DNA of 47,708 nucleotides from Odoribacteraceae bacterium (GTDB lineage Bacteria; Bacteroidota; Bacteroidia; Bacteroidales; Marinifilaceae): NCBI GenBank assembly GCA_031266545.1, contig JAISAV010000078.1, positions 1 to 47,708 of the forward strand, read 5' to 3'. Shown piece by piece: positions 22,202 to 31,875 of this stretch (position 1 is its first letter; each line of letters starts with the position of its first letter). The notes under the pieces were generated by a model. It saw only the letters and a program-made list of their open reading frames with translations, ran no database searches and was not told where the DNA came from. The position numbers and the translations under genes were made by a program.

Positions 22202-23824
22202 TTATTCGGTTCTTAAGTCCCACTTGACGAAGTACTCGCCGGCGAGGATCTTGGCGCGGACGGTCGCTTGCATGGCCTCGGGGTACTTCGGGACGATCTT
22301 GTCGGCGATGAAGTGGGCGTAGTCGTTGCCGTAGCGGCGGGCGAAACGGATCATCGCGGGGTAGACCTTGCCCTCGCAGGGGAACTCGAGGAGGATCTCG
22401 TTGAGGATGGCCTCGTCGTAGGCGCGGATTTTCTCGTCGTCGGTGACGGAGAGGTCGTCGTAGCGGGGGAGATCGTACGAGTCGAGGTCGTTGGCGTACC
22501 GGACGCCGAGGTTAGGCTTCGAGCCGGACCAGTTGGAACCCCAGGTGGCGTCGCCGCCGTAGACGTCCCACATGATCGCCTGACCGCCCCAGCGCTGGCC
22601 GACGCCGCGGTTCATGATGCTTTCGGCCTCGTCCCAGTGCTTGACGTGGTTAAATGCCTCGATGAGCATGAGGTGGTAGTCGTGCGGGCGGAAGATGTTG
22701 ATGTGAACGTCGTTCCGGTAGGCGGGCCTCACGGACTCGTCCAGGAAGCGCCGCATGACGCGCTCGCCGTTCCGCGTGGAGGTCAGGCGACCGCCGCGGC
22801 GGGTGTCGCCCTCGGTGCCGTCCGAGCGGGGTTGCAGGCGGTAGCGCTCGACGCCGTACTCGGAGGGGCGGAGGTAGTACTTGCAGGGGTAGACGTTCTC
22901 GAAGTAGTCGATGAGGCGGTTCGTCTGGTTGTTATCGTAATTATAGATGATGGCGGAGATGATGAACTTCGATTGCGTGCTGATGACGTCGGAGAACATG
23001 GCGGCGTACTTGCCGCGCCACCAGTCGCTGAGGCTCCATTGCTCGGAGGTTTTGGCGAAGGCGGCGTTGAGGGCGGGCCAGACGAGGTCGATGGTCTTCT
23101 GGTAGTCGCCCGTCCAGAGGCAGATCTCGCCGAGCAGCCCGGCGTAGTCGGGCGTCATGAATCCCCAGTGGATGAGGCTGGCGTTGTTGGGATCGCTGGG
23201 ATTGATGATGGCGGCCCAGTTGATGACGTACGAGCCGTCGATGCCGTCGACGCCCACCTCCAGCAATTGCTTGCACTTGGCGATGAGCTGGTCGAGGTCG
23301 AGGATGGGGTAGTCGTTCATGGACTTGTACTCGGTGAGCGGCTCGTCAAAGTAGATGGCCTGCCCGTAGATCTTGGCGAGCATGAAGTAAGCCCACGCCT
23401 TGACGCGCAGGGCGCTGCTGACGAGGCCGCGGTAGTGGTCGGCGTCGACGACCTCGGGGTTGGCGTCACGGTAGGCGCGTGCCTTTTGCATGTAGTCGTT
23501 GCAACTGATGATGACGTCGTAGAAGCCGCGCGGGTCGGCGTAGGCGTTGCCCTGCCGGTGCTCGTAGGAGTACACCTCGCGGAGTTCCTGCGGGGCGTTA
23601 TCGGTAGGCTCGAGGTAGTCGGCGCGCGTGTCGGTGAGGAAGATGGCGTGATCGCCGACGGCCTGCATCTTGGTGATGACGCCGAGGAACCCGGAGTAGA
23701 TCTCGCTTTGCGTGCCGATGTAGTCCTCGGCGTTGTAGATGTCCTTGGGGTTGGTGTTAAAGAACTTGTCGCAGCCGACGCAGAGGAGGGCGGCGAGGAA
23801 CAGGGTGTATGTCGCGTGTTTCAT
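22202..23824 (-). CDS. SusD/RagB-family lipoprotein (pair 3, distal)
   Basis: Lipobox LLCVGC. 540 aa. 5 nt downstream of a SusC-like gene. SusD-like helical-repeat composition. Confidence 0.9.
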   Translation of the reverse strand: MKHATYTLFLAALLCVGCDKFFNTNPKDIYNAEDYIGTQSEIYSGFLGVITKMQAVGDHAIFLTDTRADYLEPTDNAPQELREVYSYEHRQGNAYADPRGFYDVIISCNDYMQKARAYRDANPEVVDADHYRGLVSSALRVKAWAYFMLAKIYGQAIYFDEPLTEYKSMNDYPILDLDQLIAKCKQLLEVGVDGIDGSYVINWAAIINPSDPNNASLIHWGFMTPDYAGLLGEICLWTGDYQKTIDLVWPALNAAFAKTSEQWSLSDWWRGKYAAMFSDVISTQSKFIISAIIYNYDNNQTNRLIDYFENVYPCKYYLRPSEYGVERYRLQPRSDGTEGDTRRGGRLTSTRNGERVMRRFLDESVRPAYRNDVHINIFRPHDYHLMLIEAFNHVKHWDEAESIMNRGVGQRWGGQAIMWDVYGGDATWGSNWSGSKPNLGVRYANDLDSYDLPRYDDLSVTDDEKIRAYDEAILNEILLEFPCEGKVYPAMIRFARRYGNDYAHFIADKIVPKYPEAMQATVRAKILAGEYFVKWDLRTE

Positions 23825-23829
23825 GCGTG

Positions 23830-26800
23830 TTAGAATTTTAAATTAGCTCCGATTTTGATGGTTCTCGGCAGGGCCATCTTGGCGTAGTCGCAGCCGAGCC
23901 ACGCCTCGTCGTAGGAGTAGGCGAACTCGGGGTCCAGGCCGAGGTACTTGGTGAAGGTGAAGAGGTTCTCGCCGGTGACGTAGAGCGTGCCGGAGCGGAA
24001 GAAGTTCCAGACGGGCGTGTCGAACGTGTAGGAGAGGGTGATGTTCTTCCACTTCAGGTAGGAGGCGTCCTCCACCCAGCGGGAGGAGAAGCGGTTGTTG
24101 TTCATGGGATCCCCGTAGACGGCCTTGGGGATCTCGGTGACCTGTCCCTCGAGTATCCAGCGCTGGCGCATGGCCTCGGACTGGTTGAAGAAGGTGGAGC
24201 CGGACTCGATCTGGCGGCGGACGGCGTTGTATGCCTCGTTGCCGACGGAGTAGGTGAACTCGGTGGAGAGCCGGAGTTTCTTCCAGCGGAGGGAGGTGTA
24301 GAGGGCGCCGAAGAGGTCGGGCATGGCCGACCCGAGGATGGCCTTGTCTTGTTCGTCGATGACGCCGTCGGGGACGATGTCCCTGAACTTGACGTCACCC
24401 GCGGCGAAGGCGCGCCCGCTGAAGTCCTTCAGCCCGTTGTTTCTCGCGGCCTCGGCGGCGGAGGCGTAGACGCCCGTGGCCTCGTAGCCGTAGAAGGAGT
24501 AGGGTTTCTCGCCGGTGCGCGAGATGATCTCGGCGCCGTCGGGGAGTTGCTGTAGGATGGAGGCGTTCTTGCCGAGGGAGACGACCTTGCTGTCGAGCGT
24601 GGCGATGTCGCCGCCGATGGTCCACTCGAGGTCAGGCGTCCTGACGGGGGTCAGGCGCAGGGAGAACTCCAGCCCGCTGTTCTCGATCTCGCCGTTGTTC
24701 TCGTGGTAGGTCGGCTGCCCGAAGACGGAGGCGATGGGGTTGGCGAGGATGACGCCCGCGGAGCGCGCGCGGTAGTAGTCGAGGGATAGCTCGACGCGCC
24801 GCGCGAGGAAGGAGGCATCGAGGCCGGCGTTGAATTGCGCGTCGCGTTCCCGCTCGAGGCTGGTGTTGGGGATGTTGGCCCGGACGATGCTGCCGATGTC
24901 CATCAACGGGGCGTTGACGTAGTAGTTCTTGCCGTAGTTGGAGGAGAAGCGGCTGTTGCCGGTGAGGCCGTACTCGGCGCGGAGGTCGAGGCGGTCGATC
25001 CACGCCAGTTTGCCGACGGCGGGTAGGTTCGCCGCCATCCACGTGAGCGAGGCGGAGGGGTACACCGCGAAGCGTGCGGCGTCAGGCCCGGTGGAGGACG
25101 CGGCGTCGAGCGAGGCGTTGACGGAGGCGCGCAGGGAGCGGTAGGCGTAGTCGCCGTGGAGGTAGGCGTTCAGCCAGTTCCACATGTCGATGTAGCCCCA
25201 GAAGTGGCGGCCCTCGCTGTGGACGTAGTTGAGCGTCTGGTAGAAGTCGTTGGTGGTGTTCCGCCCGCGCCCGGCGTCGAACTCGAGCCTGCTGGTGAAG
25301 ACCTGGTAGCCGGCGTTGACGTTGAGGAGGTGTTCCCCGAAGCTCTTGGCGTAGGCGCCGTTGAGGTTGTAGAACATGTTGAAGGCTTCCCCGACGCCGG
25401 TCCGGACGGTGTTCTTGGCGAGCTTGTCCTCGAGCGGGAGGATGGCGGCCAGGTCAACGCCCGGGATAAAGATGTTTTCCCGGTTGTAGTTGTAGTACAG
25501 GCCGAGCATGGCGTTGAAGGTGAGGCTGGGCGTGGCGCGGAAGGTGGCGCCCACCTTGATGTTGATGTCGTACATCTTGTTGGTGGCGTCGAGCAGGTCG
25601 GTGATCGCGAGCGGGTTGCTGACGTCGAGGCGGGCGATGTCGTACTGGTTGAGGACGTGGCCGCTGCCGTCTTTCCTCCACGGGCCGAGCATCGGCGCCT
25701 TGTAGTAGGCGGCGAGGACGGGGTTGGTCTCGGGCACCATTCCCTGCTCCTGCAACTGGTTCTCGATGAAGGCGAGGCCGATGGTGGTGAACATCTCCCA
25801 CCGGCGGTTCACGAGCACGTTGGTGTTGAGCTGGGCGTGGTACTTGTCCATCGTGGTGTTGTCGACGGTTCCCTGGTCGCGCGTGTAGCCGAGCGAGAGG
25901 TCGTACTTGGCGATGGCGTCACCCCCTTCCACGCGGAAGAGGTTCTCGGAGATGAAGGTGCTCTTGTAGATCTCGTCTTGCCAGTCGGTGTTGTTGTTGT
26001 AGATGCTGGCGTAGTAGTACCCGGGGTCGTCCATGAGGAAGGGGAAGTTGGAGAAGAGGTCGGCCATGTTCTCGTAGCGGGTGAGACCCACGTTGTTGAG
26101 GTATGCCTTGTAGTCTTTCACGCCCATGAGCGGGAGGGTTTTCCCGTTCCAGTTGATGCCGTACTGGCCGTAGAAGCTGACCTGCGTCTCGAGTTGATCC
26201 CGGGCCGCCCCGTCGGTCTCGATGAGGACGACGCCGTTCGATCCCAGCGAGCCGTAGAGGGAGGCCTCCGCGCCTTTCAAGACGGTGACGTTCTGTATGT
26301 CGTGCACGTTGTAGGGCAGGAGCAGGCTCTTGGAGAATCCCCCGATGATGGGGGATTCCTTGGTGTCGGGCATGTAGGGGATGCCGTTGATGACGATCAG
26401 CGGGGCGTTGGCGCCGATGAAGGAGCGTATCCCCCGGAGGTTCCAGTAGGCGCCCTCGCCGGGCATGCCGCCCTTGCCGATCACCCGGAGGCCCGGCACC
26501 TTGCCCGCCAGCGCGCGATCGAGGTAGAAGTCACTCCCGAGGTCTTTCTTGGAGACGTTGACGGCCGAAGAGCTTTTCCGGTCGGCCCGCTCCAGACGGA
26601 AGGGCATGACAAATTCCTCGTTGTAGCGGTAGCGATCCGTGGGCACCAGCACGACGTCTATCGCGTGGCGCTCCAGCAACAACTGGTGCTTGGGGTAGAA
26701 GCCCGCGGCCTCGACGAAGATGCCTCCCCCGGGGGAGGAGAGTTCAAGGGTGAACTCTCCTCGCGTGTCCGTTATCGTGGTTTCCATGACCTTTGTGCCG

Positions 26801-26934
26801 CGTACCACCGCTCCCGGGAGCGGCGTCTTGTCAAGTTGCAGGACCTTGCCCTTGACCTGAAAGCGCTCTTGCGCGTGGGCTTGCGCGATCAGGAAGACAA
26901 GGAACGCGAGCATGATTAGCTTCAATGTTTTCAT
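23830..26934 (-). CDS. SusC/RagA-family TonB-dependent receptor (pair 3, distal)
   Basis: Signal peptide ..IAQAHAQE. CarboxypepD_reg-like N-domain (VKGKVLQLDKTPLPGAVVRGT..TDTRGEFTLEL). Plug (SLYGSLGSNGVVLIET). C-terminus ..IGANLKF. Confidence 0.92.
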   Translation of the reverse strand: MKTLKLIMLAFLVFLIAQAHAQERFQVKGKVLQLDKTPLPGAVVRGTKVMETTITDTRGEFTLELSSPGGGIFVEAAGFYPKHQLLLERHAIDVVLVPTDRYRYNEEFVMPFRLERADRKSSSAVNVSKKDLGSDFYLDRALAGKVPGLRVIGKGGMPGEGAYWNLRGIRSFIGANAPLIVINGIPYMPDTKESPIIGGFSKSLLLPYNVHDIQNVTVLKGAEASLYGSLGSNGVVLIETDGAARDQLETQVSFYGQYGINWNGKTLPLMGVKDYKAYLNNVGLTRYENMADLFSNFPFLMDDPGYYYASIYNNNTDWQDEIYKSTFISENLFRVEGGDAIAKYDLSLGYTRDQGTVDNTTMDKYHAQLNTNVLVNRRWEMFTTIGLAFIENQLQEQGMVPETNPVLAAYYKAPMLGPWRKDGSGHVLNQYDIARLDVSNPLAITDLLDATNKMYDINIKVGATFRATPSLTFNAMLGLYYNYNRENIFIPGVDLAAILPLEDKLAKNTVRTGVGEAFNMFYNLNGAYAKSFGEHLLNVNAGYQVFTSRLEFDAGRGRNTTNDFYQTLNYVHSEGRHFWGYIDMWNWLNAYLHGDYAYRSLRASVNASLDAASSTGPDAARFAVYPSASLTWMAANLPAVGKLAWIDRLDLRAEYGLTGNSRFSSNYGKNYYVNAPLMDIGSIVRANIPNTSLERERDAQFNAGLDASFLARRVELSLDYYRARSAGVILANPIASVFGQPTYHENNGEIENSGLEFSLRLTPVRTPDLEWTIGGDIATLDSKVVSLGKNASILQQLPDGAEIISRTGEKPYSFYGYEATGVYASAAEAARNNGLKDFSGRAFAAGDVKFRDIVPDGVIDEQDKAILGSAMPDLFGALYTSLRWKKLRLSTEFTYSVGNEAYNAVRRQIESGSTFFNQSEAMRQRWILEGQVTEIPKAVYGDPMNNNRFSSRWVEDASYLKWKNITLSYTFDTPVWNFFRSGTLYVTGENLFTFTKYLGLDPEFAYSYDEAWLGCDYAKMALPRTIKIGANLKF

Positions 26935-26958
26935 ATTTTTTGGGTAGGGGTACGTGTG

Positions 26959-28653
26959 TTAATAGTTATTTGCTGTCGGTTTCAGGCACCAGTGGTAGGC
27001 GTAGAATTTGGCCCCGAAGACGACGGCAGGGGTCGCCGTGGTTTCGATCCGGATGACGATGGGTTGCATCTCCGTGCCCTCGAATAATACCGTTCCGACG
27101 GCCTTGCCATCCCGGTCGTAGTTGGCGGGCTTGCCTTGCAAGCCGGGAATCGACGTGCTGAAGCCTTCCGGGAGACTACCGCTACCACGGTCGAAATGGA
27201 AGTCGCCCCCGTCCAAGGATTGATTAGCCTTGACCAGTACGTCATTCACGTAAATGTCCACGCTCATTTTCAGTTTTTCCTTGAAGCCCATGCTGAGGGT
27301 GTACTCGCCGGGGGGAATCAAGGCTTGGCCGACTGATCCGTCGCTGTTCAGCACGAGACCCGTGAGGGTACAGCTAAAACCTTCCTTGATCTGTACCACC
27401 AAGCAGTCATAATATTTCGATGGCCACACGCCGGGGAGCGGGGAGTCGTTACTGGCCGCATTGTAGGTGCCTTCCCGGTTGACCTTCACCGGCTCGGCGA
27501 TCGTGTCGATGTAGTTGGTGAACTGGAAATACTCGGCCTTTTCCTCCGCGGTGCAATTCTGGTAGTAGCTGAAATATTGCTTGATCCGGGAGATAAGGAT
27601 ATTGTTCGGCACCGTCATGTAGTTCACGTTGTAGGCGATACCATTGCTCAACTGGATGGGGTGCTCCACGTCAACCTGTTGCACGGTGTTTCTCCACGTT
27701 TGGCCGTATGCCGATTTCCAGTCTTCCTTGGAGGCGTAGTCGTCGGGGGTGATGGCTCCCTTGTAGAATAGGGCGTTGATGACCCAACTCTCGATTCTCG
27801 CGGAGTCGTCGGCGGTGACCTCGCGGCCCAGCGCGTTGGTGATGGTCAGGTAAGCGTTCTCGATGGCGTTGCCGAGCAACTCGTTGTTGGGGATAAAGAC
27901 GGTTGACTTGGCAAACTCGGAGACGATGTTGATTTTCTGGTCCACCTCCGCCACGTTGGCGTCAAAGAAGGGGTTGCTCTCGATCCAGACGGAGTCGTAC
28001 ACCGTGTTTCCCGTCTCGTCGGTGTAGAGCGGGCGGCTATTCTCCACGTCGAAAACCCGCGTGCTCTGCTCGAAGACCATTTGCTTGAGGAGGGAGTAGT
28101 CATCGCTCAAGCCTTTCAAGTGCTCGTAAACGGATACCAGCGCCGCGAGCGGGGATTCGATCTCGTACACGAAGGCGTTCGTCGTCTTGATGACGCGGGT
28201 TACTTTCAGGCCGTTCAGGTAGATGTCTGTCCCGCCGTCGGCCCGCGAGTCGGTAGAGAGGCTGGCCACCACGTATTTGCCGTTCCACATCAACATGCGC
28301 TGTCCTTCCGGCAGCTCGTTCGGGGAGAGCATGGCGCCGCTGATGTGCATCTTGGCCAGTTGCTCGTCGTTATCGAGGGCGCCTAACGCGTCGTCCTTGA
28401 CCACGATCACGGTGAAGAGTTGATCTTTGGTCGCCAGCTCGTTCGCCACGCCGGTGTTCGTGAAGAGGGCGAACATCTTGCTGTAGGAAGTCTCGGATTG
28501 TAAGAAATTCGTCACGGGAGTGTTGACGATAACTACCTCTTGGTTTCCCTCGATCACCGTCTCGGCGTTGATGCGGGAATCCCATTGATCACTGCAGGAG
28601 TAGCCTAAAAAGGCCATCCATAAAATCGCGAAAAAGTATACGGTTGTTTTCAT
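26959..28653 (-). CDS. Fasciclin (FAS1)-domain surface lipoprotein with C-terminal beta-sandwich-like region
   Basis: Lipobox FLGYSC. FAS1-like strings LFTVIVVKDDALGAL, STVFIPNNELLGNAI, SNGIAYNVNYMTVP. Confidence 0.7.
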   Translation of the reverse strand: MKTTVYFFAILWMAFLGYSCSDQWDSRINAETVIEGNQEVVIVNTPVTNFLQSETSYSKMFALFTNTGVANELATKDQLFTVIVVKDDALGALDNDEQLAKMHISGAMLSPNELPEGQRMLMWNGKYVVASLSTDSRADGGTDIYLNGLKVTRVIKTTNAFVYEIESPLAALVSVYEHLKGLSDDYSLLKQMVFEQSTRVFDVENSRPLYTDETGNTVYDSVWIESNPFFDANVAEVDQKINIVSEFAKSTVFIPNNELLGNAIENAYLTITNALGREVTADDSARIESWVINALFYKGAITPDDYASKEDWKSAYGQTWRNTVQQVDVEHPIQLSNGIAYNVNYMTVPNNILISRIKQYFSYYQNCTAEEKAEYFQFTNYIDTIAEPVKVNREGTYNAASNDSPLPGVWPSKYYDCLVVQIKEGFSCTLTGLVLNSDGSVGQALIPPGEYTLSMGFKEKLKMSVDIYVNDVLVKANQSLDGGDFHFDRGSGSLPEGFSTSIPGLQGKPANYDRDGKAVGTVLFEGTEMQPIVIRIETTATPAVVFGAKFYAYHWCLKPTANNY

Positions 28654-28662
28654 GATAATCTC

Positions 28663-30324
28663 TTATTTAATAGGTGTGAATTTAATGTAGTCTAATTGTA
28701 ATCTGTAATCGCTGTTGGTAGAAGCTAACGGGTCCATGACCACGAGCTTGAAAGCGTGTGCGGTGGTGGTCGGGAAGTCGATCATCTCGGCGATGACCAC
28801 CGAGAAAATGCCCACGGCGTTGTTCGTGACGGTCTTGTACATCAGTACCTCCTTGGGTACTTCGTCAAAGGAGAACTGGCACTTGCTGCCGTTAGTGCGG
28901 AACGCGTTGAGCGAGGTACCGTAGCCAAAGAAAAGTTCCACCTTGTACTGCCCCTTGATGATGACCGGCGTCCTCGTCTCGAAGGAACCGAGGTAGCCCA
29001 CGTTCACGCTCAACACGTCGTGGAACATCGCCCCGTAGTTTCCGCCGTTGAGGTTGCCGGGCTTTTCGGTCGCGAGGCCCAGTACCGGCCACGTGCCGGT
29101 GTTGGTTTTGGTGGCGTTACCTATCCACGTGTAGCTGGTGATCGAACCCGTCGAGAAAGTTACCTTGTTTTCCGCGCTGGGCACGTTGTGGTACCACGTG
29201 GGATCGATCGAGTTCACCAACTCGGCGATGTCGGGGTAATCGCAGAAATCCCAATCGACCACGACCGGCTCCGGCGTCCATACTTCCAGTAGCCCGTTTA
29301 TCTCGTGGATGATGCCGTTCTTCAGCTCTTGGTCGCTCCGTGCGGCCATTAATTGCAGTTGCTCTCCCTCGTAATTCAGGTAGACGTTTCCCCCCGTCCG
29401 TGTGATGGCGAGCACGGAGTTCTCCTCGTTCGTGCTGACTAATTTCGTCGTGTCGCTTGACTCGAAGTGCCCCAGGTCCCCTGCGTACAGGGAGCCGTTG
29501 ATGATATGGTAGGCGACGTATTGCCACAGGGGGTTTGTCTTGGCCGCGTAGTCCGTGCCACTGGCCCCCAAGTGGCTCTTCAAGGCGGCAAGGCTACTGA
29601 GGCCGTTGGCGCTAAAGACGTCGTCCGGGACAGCCAGCACGGTGTAGTTCTTTTTCGTCAGGAGTAGCCCGCCGAAGGTGCTGTACGTCGTGTCGTAGGG
29701 TACGGCGAGTCGGTCTAACCAGCCGGTCTCGCGCAGGGCTTCCTTGAAGATACCGTAGCGCGGCTCGTCGTTCAGGTGGCTGGAGATGGTCTCCACCAGC
29801 GGCGGCAACACGGCGTCCAGCATGTAGATGTAGCCGTTTACCACGGTGTCGGGAATTTGCGTCACCCGCGCGAGGTCATTCACGTAGATGGCGCTGGCCC
29901 CTCCCTCGCGGAAGTTGATGGTCAGGCGGTCGCCGGAGTAGGTGGTGGCGTAAACGGCATACCCTTCCGTGAACCTCTCTGCCGGTATGCCGGTGGGTAC
30001 CACGTGGTAACGCACCAATTCCTGGGCGTACGCCTCGCCCAAGTCTTGTATCTTTTCAACCCCTTTTTGGGTGTAGAACGCTTTTACCGCTGCGTTGTCG
30101 GGGACAAAGCTCGTGAACACGACGTCGGCCTGGTTTAACGCGTTAAACATGTTCGTGTAACGCAGTATCGACACCCACTCGGAAAACGATTCCGAATGGG
30201 CTTCCAGGTAGGCAGCGGTAGGCGAGGAGTCATTCACCAGGTAGGTGGTGTTCTCGTACGGGTCGTTGCACGCTATCGCGAGCAAACAGACCAAACTCAT
30301 CAACCAACTTTTTTTCATAGTCAT
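28663..30324 (-). CDS. Fasciclin (FAS1)-domain surface lipoprotein
   Basis: Lipobox LLAIAC. FAS1 signatures VVFTSFVPDNAAVKAFY, LVRYHVVPTGI, YTVLAVPDDVFSANG, YHIINGSLY, NGIIHEINGLL. Confidence 0.78.
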   Translation of the reverse strand: MTMKKSWLMSLVCLLAIACNDPYENTTYLVNDSSPTAAYLEAHSESFSEWVSILRYTNMFNALNQADVVFTSFVPDNAAVKAFYTQKGVEKIQDLGEAYAQELVRYHVVPTGIPAERFTEGYAVYATTYSGDRLTINFREGGASAIYVNDLARVTQIPDTVVNGYIYMLDAVLPPLVETISSHLNDEPRYGIFKEALRETGWLDRLAVPYDTTYSTFGGLLLTKKNYTVLAVPDDVFSANGLSSLAALKSHLGASGTDYAAKTNPLWQYVAYHIINGSLYAGDLGHFESSDTTKLVSTNEENSVLAITRTGGNVYLNYEGEQLQLMAARSDQELKNGIIHEINGLLEVWTPEPVVVDWDFCDYPDIAELVNSIDPTWYHNVPSAENKVTFSTGSITSYTWIGNATKTNTGTWPVLGLATEKPGNLNGGNYGAMFHDVLSVNVGYLGSFETRTPVIIKGQYKVELFFGYGTSLNAFRTNGSKCQFSFDEVPKEVLMYKTVTNNAVGIFSVVIAEMIDFPTTTAHAFKLVVMDPLASTNSDYRLQLDYIKFTPIK

Positions 30325-30339
30325 TAGTGTTAACAGTCA

Positions 30340-31863
30340 TTATTTTCCAACTTCATAGTAGGGATTCTGTACCAGCAACGGGTTGGCAAGCAACTCCTTC
30401 GCGGAGATGGGCAGGTAGTGCGCGTTGTTGTCGAGCAGTACCGAACGCACCCACGAGGGACTTGCATACGTGCTTTCCATCACTTTATTGATCAAGAATC
30501 TCTCCTTGTACTTGTAATTGTTTCGCTTCGCGAAACGCAGCAGGTCGTACCATCTCTTTCCCTCGCCTGCCAGCTCCATGCAACGTTCCGTCAGGATGAT
30601 CTCGAGGACGCTCTCCTCGTCGATTTCCCCCTCTTCGATCTGTGCGTTGGCCAGCGAGGAGCGTGTCCTGACCTGATTGACCAGCGCGAGGGCCTCGTGC
30701 CAGCGACTACTCCCTCCCAGCAAGGTCAACGCCTCGGCTTTCATCAGCATGACGTCGGCCACGCGGTAGATGATGTAGTTCGCGTCGGCCCGCGCCCGCT
30801 TGTTGTCGGCGGAGTGTGCGCCTCCCCCGTAGTACTTCCACACGTAACCTTCCGTCACCTCGCCCCCGTTGTTCTTCTCCCGGTCGGTCACGTAGGAACC
30901 GTATAGCCCGCGCCCGAAGGTGGGATCCAAGAGGCGGATGTTCGACTCCTCGACCCATTGCTGCACCATCCACGGCGTGTAGTAGTAGTTGGCGCCCGTG
31001 GTGCCTACCCTGTCACACAACGCGTTCTTCTGGTTCGCGTCTACTGCCATGTCCCACTGCACCTCGAAGATGGACTCGCTGCTGTTGCCCGGGTAGTACA
31101 TCGTGAACCATTCCAAGGGATCCTGGATGAACTGGGGCATGTAGGTACCTCCCTCCAGAATGTTGTTGCAATGGACGATGGCGTTGTCGTAGTCCTCGTC
31201 CCACAGGCACACGTCGGCCATCAAGGCGTATAACGCCCATTTGGTGGCGCGCCCCTTCGTCTCCCACTCCTTGGGGAAGAAGGCCTTGGCGGCCTTGGTC
31301 TCTAAGGCCAGGCGGATGTCGGTCTTGATCTGGGCGATCACCTCGCTTTCCGGCGACGCGGCTTTTTCGTAAGGCTCGCTGTCGTCCACGTAAGGGATGG
31401 TGATGAGCGGTACTTCCTTGAAGTTGCGTATCAGGTAGAAGTAGCTTAACGCCCGGATAAAGTAGGCCTCCGCCATGTAGGAGTTCATCACCGGCTCCTC
31501 GAACGTCTCGTCGATCATGATCACTTGCGGCGCATAGGTCAACACGGAGTTGGCCATGTTGATCGCCTGGTAAAGCGCTGACCAGTCACACACGCTGGAC
31601 GAGGGAGTTACCCGAAACTCCACGAGAGTGGTCGTGTTCCCGCGGATGCTTCCCCCGCGCAACTCGCCCCATTCAAAGATCGTGGGCACCGCGTTCCTGA
31701 ATTTCACGTACCCGGCGTTCAGCACGGCCAGCACCTCTTCCTTGCTCTTCCAAAATTTGTCGCTGGTCTGCTCGTTTTCGGGCAGGATGGTCAACCAGTC
31801 CTTGCAACCGTTGAACGCGATCATGCACGGTAGCAATAGTAAAATGTATAGTGTCTTTTTCAT
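30340..31863 (-). CDS. SusD/RagB-family lipoprotein (pair 2, proximal)
   Basis: Lipobox IAFNGC. 507 aa. 12 nt downstream of a SusC-like gene. SusD-like motifs (AEAYFIRALSYFYLIRNF, ERCMELAGEGKRWYDLLR). Confidence 0.9.
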   Translation of the reverse strand: MKKTLYILLLLPCMIAFNGCKDWLTILPENEQTSDKFWKSKEEVLAVLNAGYVKFRNAVPTIFEWGELRGGSIRGNTTTLVEFRVTPSSSVCDWSALYQAINMANSVLTYAPQVIMIDETFEEPVMNSYMAEAYFIRALSYFYLIRNFKEVPLITIPYVDDSEPYEKAASPESEVIAQIKTDIRLALETKAAKAFFPKEWETKGRATKWALYALMADVCLWDEDYDNAIVHCNNILEGGTYMPQFIQDPLEWFTMYYPGNSSESIFEVQWDMAVDANQKNALCDRVGTTGANYYYTPWMVQQWVEESNIRLLDPTFGRGLYGSYVTDREKNNGGEVTEGYVWKYYGGGAHSADNKRARADANYIIYRVADVMLMKAEALTLLGGSSRWHEALALVNQVRTRSSLANAQIEEGEIDEESVLEIILTERCMELAGEGKRWYDLLRFAKRNNYKYKERFLINKVMESTYASPSWVRSVLLDNNAHYLPISAKELLANPLLVQNPYYEVGK

Positions 31864-31875
31864 AAACCCTTGCTT

